From IMG/VR virus record IMGVR_UViG_3300044731_001657, positions 1 to 28,135 of that record: a DNA stretch of 28,135 nucleotides; one strand, given 5' to 3'. Made by a program: the position numbers and the translations under genes. Source of the DNA: a virus (Duplodnaviria > Caudoviricetes). Shown piece by piece: positions 24,143 to 28,135 of the stretch. The notes under the pieces were generated by a model. The model made no database searches. It was given only the letters and a program-made list of their open reading frames with translations, and was not told where the DNA came from. Each line of letters begins with the position of its first letter. The stretch's first letter is position 1.

Positions 24143-24988
24143 TCAGACTTTCGGAACGGCGATGATGCAGGCGTCGTATTTGCTGGGGTTCGCCCCGATG
24201 TTGTGGCGGATGGCGAGGCGGCTGCCGGTGGGGATTTCTCGGCCGAAGGTGTTGAGGCGCAGGGCTGGCACGCTGAAGTTTTCAGTGGCGCCGAAGGCGA
24301 AGTTCAATTCGCCAAAACGGACTTCGCTGCCAGCGGCGCCGACGCCGATCTCGTAGACGGCATCGCCTTGCGAGGCGGTGTCGGTGTCGCTGGCGGACGG
24401 GGCGATAACGAAGGCGGTGTAAGGTTGGCTGGTGCTGCTGACGATCTGGACCCAAGTGCCCGATGCGCCGCTCATGGCGGTGCCGGTGCTGGTGGCGGTG
24501 TCAATGCCGAGAACATCCACAGTGGTCGGGATGAGGGCGGCGTCGGTGGCGTTGAGGCACTGAAACTCGCGCACACCAAGGGTTGCGGTCTGCGAGGCTC
24601 GGACGCCTTGGACGCGGGCAGCGATGCGGCTTCCTGATGCGATTTTGACGGGGATACGAAACGTCATGCTGGAACATCCGCCGACAGCGATGTTCGGCAC
24701 GATGACTGTCTCGCTGCCAGCGGCACCAACGCCGATGTCGAGCAGGGTGGCGCTGTCGGCGGTGGAGACGTTGACGCTACTAACGGCGAAATTTAGCATC
24801 GTGGTCTGCGCGCTGGTGGAGGCGATGACCTGCGACCATGAGCCTTTGGTGTGCGGCGTGGCCGAGGCGGTGAGCGTGACGCCGCTGGTGTTGTAGCCTG
24901 CGTTGGTGAACTCGTTGCCGTAGAACCACGGCTTGTCCGCGAAGAGCGGCGTGGCACCGAGGTAGGCTTTTTGCAGGCTCAAGGACAT
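24143..24988 (-). CDS. Putative receptor-binding/fibre tip protein with two tandem homologous domains
   Basis: KAYLG N-terminal adaptor; duplicated GSWSQVIASTS/GTWVQIVSSTS, DIGVGAAGSE/EIGVGAAGSE and IASGSRIAAR/IPTGSRLAIR. Confidence 0.65.
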   Translation of the reverse strand: MSLSLQKAYLGATPLFADKPWFYGNEFTNAGYNTSGVTLTASATPHTKGSWSQVIASTSAQTTMLNFAVSSVNVSTADSATLLDIGVGAAGSETVIVPNIAVGGCSSMTFRIPVKIASGSRIAARVQGVRASQTATLGVREFQCLNATDAALIPTTVDVLGIDTATSTGTAMSGASGTWVQIVSSTSQPYTAFVIAPSASDTDTASQGDAVYEIGVGAAGSEVRFGELNFAFGATENFSVPALRLNTFGREIPTGSRLAIRHNIGANPSKYDACIIAVPKV

Positions 24989-24991
24989 GGC

Positions 24992-25528
24992 TTACGAGGG
25001 GTCGGTGATGAGGTAGAGGGTGGTGGCGTCGGGGCTGCCGATGGCGGCGTATTCGGCGGTGGTGAGGCTGACGATGTTTGTGACTACGTCGCTGCCGCTG
25101 CCTGCGGAGGTGTCGCTGACTACGTTGACGCCGGAGCGGTCGGCGGCCGTGAGCGTGCGGGTCGTGCCGGTGGTGATGCCGGAGAGTTGGAACTTTAGAT
25201 TCTTGGTGGCGTCTCCGTCGTCGTAGATAAGGAACGAGCTGTCGCTCATCACGTCGAAGAAGGACGTGTCGGTGAGCTGGTAGTCGTTGTCGCGGGAGGC
25301 GCCGACGATGGCTTTGCGCACATAGACGCCAGCCTGTTTGTAGGACGAAAAGGGCCACGTTCCGGAATTCGACCGGACCAGCCAGCGGCTATCCAGCGCG
25401 GCCGTGCCGTCGAGCGGGAGATCCGCATAGGTTGCCACTTCGCCTGCGAAGAAGGCAGATCCGCCGCCGCCTCCACCGGAGCCGGTGAAGTCGAAGTTGC
25501 CTGTCAGCGGATTGAACTTAATGGCCAT
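24992..25528 (-). CDS. Fibre adaptor protein
   Basis: MAIKFNPLTGNFD-polyG N-terminus; C-terminal LTTAEYAAIGSPDATTLYLI fibre motif. Confidence 0.65.
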   Translation of the reverse strand: MAIKFNPLTGNFDFTGSGGGGGGSAFFAGEVATYADLPLDGTAALDSRWLVRSNSGTWPFSSYKQAGVYVRKAIVGASRDNDYQLTDTSFFDVMSDSSFLIYDDGDATKNLKFQLSGITTGTTRTLTAADRSGVNVVSDTSAGSGSDVVTNIVSLTTAEYAAIGSPDATTLYLITDPS

Positions 25529-25737
25529 TAGCTGCGGGTCACTGTGGCGATCTTGGCGTCATCCGAGGACGGCGTGCCGCCGACATAAGTGAATGTCAAT
25601 GTGGCGACTGTCTGGCTGCCTTCTTTGTAGACTACCGTGGAAAGATTGTTTGTCGTGGAGACGTAATTCAGCTCAACCGCGTTGTGCTGCGGGATGTTTA
25701 GTCCGGCGATGTTTCTGACTGAGACGTTGGGATGCAT
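25528..25737 (-). CDS. Small virion-associated protein
   Basis: 69 aa, beta-rich (IPQHN...VYKEG...VATLTFTY); TAATG-coupled to the next gene. Confidence 0.55.
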   Translation of the reverse strand: MHPNVSVRNIAGLNIPQHNAVELNYVSTTNNLSTVVYKEGSQTVATLTFTYVGGTPSSDDAKIATVTRS

Positions 25738-25765
25738 GGGCTAAACTCTCTAATTTCGCTATAAA

Positions 25766-27874
25766 TTAGGCGGCGGGTTGGGCGGTCATGCCGAGTTGCT
25801 GGTCTTGGGCCATCTTTTGGAGCGCGGGTTGCGCGCCGGTGCGGCCGATGACGGCGTTTTGCTGTTGTTGCAACTGGAATTGGAAAGCCTGTGCGCGGGC
25901 GTCGATCATCTTGCGGAAGATTTCGTCCTGCTGGTAGCGCTGCTGGACGGCGGGGTTGGACTGAATGATTTGCTGCAAGGTTTGCAGGCGGACTTGGGCG
26001 TTTTGTCCGCCTTCTTTAAGCGGCGGCTCGGTGCCTGCGGCGATTTTGGCGAAGGCGGTTTGTTCGTCTTCTTGCTCGGCCTGGGTAGCGGCGCCGATGT
26101 CCTTGATGAGGATGCCGGCGAGATTTGGGTCTACTGCCTGCATCATATATTGGACCAAGCCAACTCGATCGATAACGCCGAAGCTGTCCAAGGGAACCAA
26201 GACTTTGGCGAGGTAGTCTAATTTGGCGCCGAGGGCTTCGGAGTCGAGCAACCGGGCGTCGAACTCGCAGGTCACATCGAAGCGGCCGCGGATGTCGGCG
26301 GGGCTGGCAGTGAGCGGGAGATTGGGGTTGCCGGTGACGCGGGCGACTTCTTCCGCGGTCATATACTGCTGACAAAGAGCGAGCGTCTGGACGAGGCAGA
26401 GCTTCATATCGAGGAGCCACGAATCGACCAACTCCTGGGTGTGCAGCATGTAGCGTTGCGGCGGGACGGCTTCGCTGATGCGGCCGAAGTAGTTGTCCAC
26501 ATCGTTGCGGATGGACATCTCGACTTCGATGCTGCCGGCGTCGGGCTGCGGCGGGTTCATCCAAGTGATCTCGCCGGGGCGGCGCTCGGGGATCTGCACG
26601 CCCGGTCCCATGATGAGGTCCATCTTGCCGCGCGCGGCGGGGGTTTTGAGCGGGGGCAAGGTGACAATGCTGGCGCGGTCGCCTCGCATGTCGCGTTGGA
26701 TTTTGACTTCTTCCTGGGCGGTCTGGACGATCTCCGGCACGCCGCGGGACTCCAAGATGGGGCGTGAGGCGCGTTCGCGGGGCAGCTCGACGAAGGGATA
26801 GAGCGCGTGGGCGTAGGGCAGGATGTCGTGGACGGCGGTGCGGTCGGGAACGTGGTAGCTGAGGACGGTGCGGGTGACGCGCATCGCTTTGGTGCGGTCG
26901 TCGTGTTCCTTGCGGTAGACGTGCCAGATCTCGATCATGTCGCGCTGGTGGTCGTAGAGGAACTGGTCGCTGCGGTGGAGGTTCAGCGAGATGCGGCGAA
27001 TGTCGCCTTTCTTCTCCACGACTTGCTCAACCCATTTGTCGTCCCAGCCCTCGACAGCGGCACGCTCGCGCAACTCCGGTTCGGTCATTAGCTCGCGTCG
27101 GGCAACGAACGCGGCACGCTGTAACGAGTAGGTCTGGGCGGGGAAGATGATGTCTTCCCATGGCTCAAGCGCGGTCCACTGGGGCCGGCTTTCAAAAACG
27201 TAGGGCTGCTCCCATTCGACGAAGCCGCGTTCGCGGAACTGTCGGACTTTGGCGGTGCTGCCGAGTTCCGGGATGACTTCGCCCATGAGCTGCGCGGCGA
27301 GTTCTTCCTGCTCGGGGTCGAGGACGACCTCGAGGAGGGCTTGCAGGTTGGGGTCTTGGGACTCCTGCAGCATGGCCATGGCGCCTTCCATGGAGAATGA
27401 CTTGATCTCGGTGCGGGTGGTCTTGATCCAATCGACGGCCATGACGGCCAAGCCGTAGGTCTCGCGGAAGTTGGCGGCGAGCTGCACTTCGCGCCGGAGG
27501 TCATCCAAGACGTGCTGGAAGAGGAGCCACTTGAGGACGGACTCCGCGGCGCTGCGCTTGTCGATGTCCATGGACTCGACGGGCTGGACCTGGACGCGCG
27601 CCTTGAAGAAGGCGTTGGTGAGCATGGCAACGTGGTCGCGGACGATGGTGTCGGCCATGCGCACGCGCGAATCGAGGGACTTGTCCCATGGGAATGGGCG
27701 CTTGCCGAGGGCTTCTTGGTGTTTGCGGCCGTCGTCGGTCTGGCCGGCCCAGATGCAAAAGCGGGTGTTCCAGTTGCGGAGCTTGCGCTGGACGTAGCCG
27801 CTGCCATCGGCGTCGGCCTCATCGATGTCCGAGAGGATCTCGGAGATTTTATCGCGGTCAGGTGCTTTGATCAT
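25766..27874 (-). CDS. Portal protein (P22-like)
   Basis: 702 aa; RVQVQPVESMD...AAESVLKW, YGLAVMAVDW, YPFVEL...RGVPEIV...Q and GRFDVT pattern, with a Q-rich C-terminal helix. Confidence 0.7.
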   Translation of the reverse strand: MIKAPDRDKISEILSDIDEADADGSGYVQRKLRNWNTRFCIWAGQTDDGRKHQEALGKRPFPWDKSLDSRVRMADTIVRDHVAMLTNAFFKARVQVQPVESMDIDKRSAAESVLKWLLFQHVLDDLRREVQLAANFRETYGLAVMAVDWIKTTRTEIKSFSMEGAMAMLQESQDPNLQALLEVVLDPEQEELAAQLMGEVIPELGSTAKVRQFRERGFVEWEQPYVFESRPQWTALEPWEDIIFPAQTYSLQRAAFVARRELMTEPELRERAAVEGWDDKWVEQVVEKKGDIRRISLNLHRSDQFLYDHQRDMIEIWHVYRKEHDDRTKAMRVTRTVLSYHVPDRTAVHDILPYAHALYPFVELPRERASRPILESRGVPEIVQTAQEEVKIQRDMRGDRASIVTLPPLKTPAARGKMDLIMGPGVQIPERRPGEITWMNPPQPDAGSIEVEMSIRNDVDNYFGRISEAVPPQRYMLHTQELVDSWLLDMKLCLVQTLALCQQYMTAEEVARVTGNPNLPLTASPADIRGRFDVTCEFDARLLDSEALGAKLDYLAKVLVPLDSFGVIDRVGLVQYMMQAVDPNLAGILIKDIGAATQAEQEDEQTAFAKIAAGTEPPLKEGGQNAQVRLQTLQQIIQSNPAVQQRYQQDEIFRKMIDARAQAFQFQLQQQQNAVIGRTGAQPALQKMAQDQQLGMTAQPAA

Positions 27875-28135
27875 TTAAGGGACAAGCACCGTGGTGCGGC
27901 GCGGGGTGTAGTGGACGGCGGTCTCGGGGTGGCGCTTTTTGAAGTCATCGCGCCAGCCTTTGTCGGCCCAGCACCCGGGTTCGGTTTTTTCCCAAGCCCA
28001 GTAGACATCGGCGTCGATGCTCATGGTGTGCTGGCCGATGCCTTCGACGGCGCATTGCTCGAGGCGCTCGTTGGCCTGCGCGATGCGCTGCTGCTCAAGG
28101 CCGGCCATGACGGCCTTGGCGTTCCAACCTGTGAG
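27875..28135 (-). CDS. Hypothetical protein, probably 5'-truncated by the window edge
   Basis: The frame stays open upstream of 28108 to the edge (LTGWNAKAVM...); C-terminal W...GCWADKGWRDDFKKRHPE. Confidence 0.65.
   Translation of the reverse strand, partial: LTGWNAKAVMAGLEQQRIAQANERLEQCAVEGIGQHTMSIDADVYWAWEKTEPGCWADKGWRDDFKKRHPETAVHYTPRRTTVLVP

Larger units (their letters stand above)
1..28135. mobile_element. Temperate tailed bacteriophage genome segment (podovirus-like), attP configuration
   Basis: Integrase, excisionase, attP-like site, replication initiator, portal-like, tail and lysis genes; dense ATGA/TAATG-coupled operons; no host housekeeping genes seen. Confidence 0.95.

Noticed and set aside
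17900-25528. Diversity-generating retroelement acting on fibre genes
   Set aside because: No reverse transcriptase and no adenine-specific TR/VR repeat pair noticed. The duplication in 24143-24988 is an old protein-level repeat.
9636-27870. Numerous plus-strand ORFs of 60-260 aa opposite the virion operon
   Set aside because: Antisense shadows typical of GC-rich coding DNA; no recognisable motifs, promoters or coupling.

Overview
About 28 kb of a temperate, GC-rich tailed phage with podovirus-like (P22/T7-type) gene organisation. It is in the excised/attP configuration, since phage genes lie on both sides of the att core. Left to right: (1) a minus-strand early/replication operon with PD-(D/E)XK and HNH nucleases, a lambda-O-like initiator containing iterons, an HTH/TerS-like gene next to a G/C-tract hairpin, a C5 DNA methyltransferase split over two nested reading frames, and an excisionase; (2) a divergent plus-strand immunity cluster with a ribbon-helix-helix protein, a PEGA lipoprotein and phased TTGGCA arrays; (3) a tyrosine integrase next to an attP whose core is the 5' half of tRNA-Thr(UGU); (4) a stand-alone HNH gene with a consensus promoter; (5) a long minus-strand virion/lysis operon with portal, fibres, tail adaptor/nozzle, holins, an LD-transpeptidase-like lysin, ejection proteins and an embedded PAPS-reductase-like + YkgJ pair. 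The best novelty candidate is the 1540-aa ejection protein. It has a zincin HExxH domain with an inserted RNA-polymerase beta'-jaw-like module. Its C-terminus carries three compositionally distinct cassettes, the last an ADP-ribosyltransferase, each beginning at a conserved 15-bp Q(A/G)MPD junction, which suggests swappable injected effectors. Terminase large subunit and major capsid genes were not recognised in this window. All product calls come from motif recognition by eye, not database searches.
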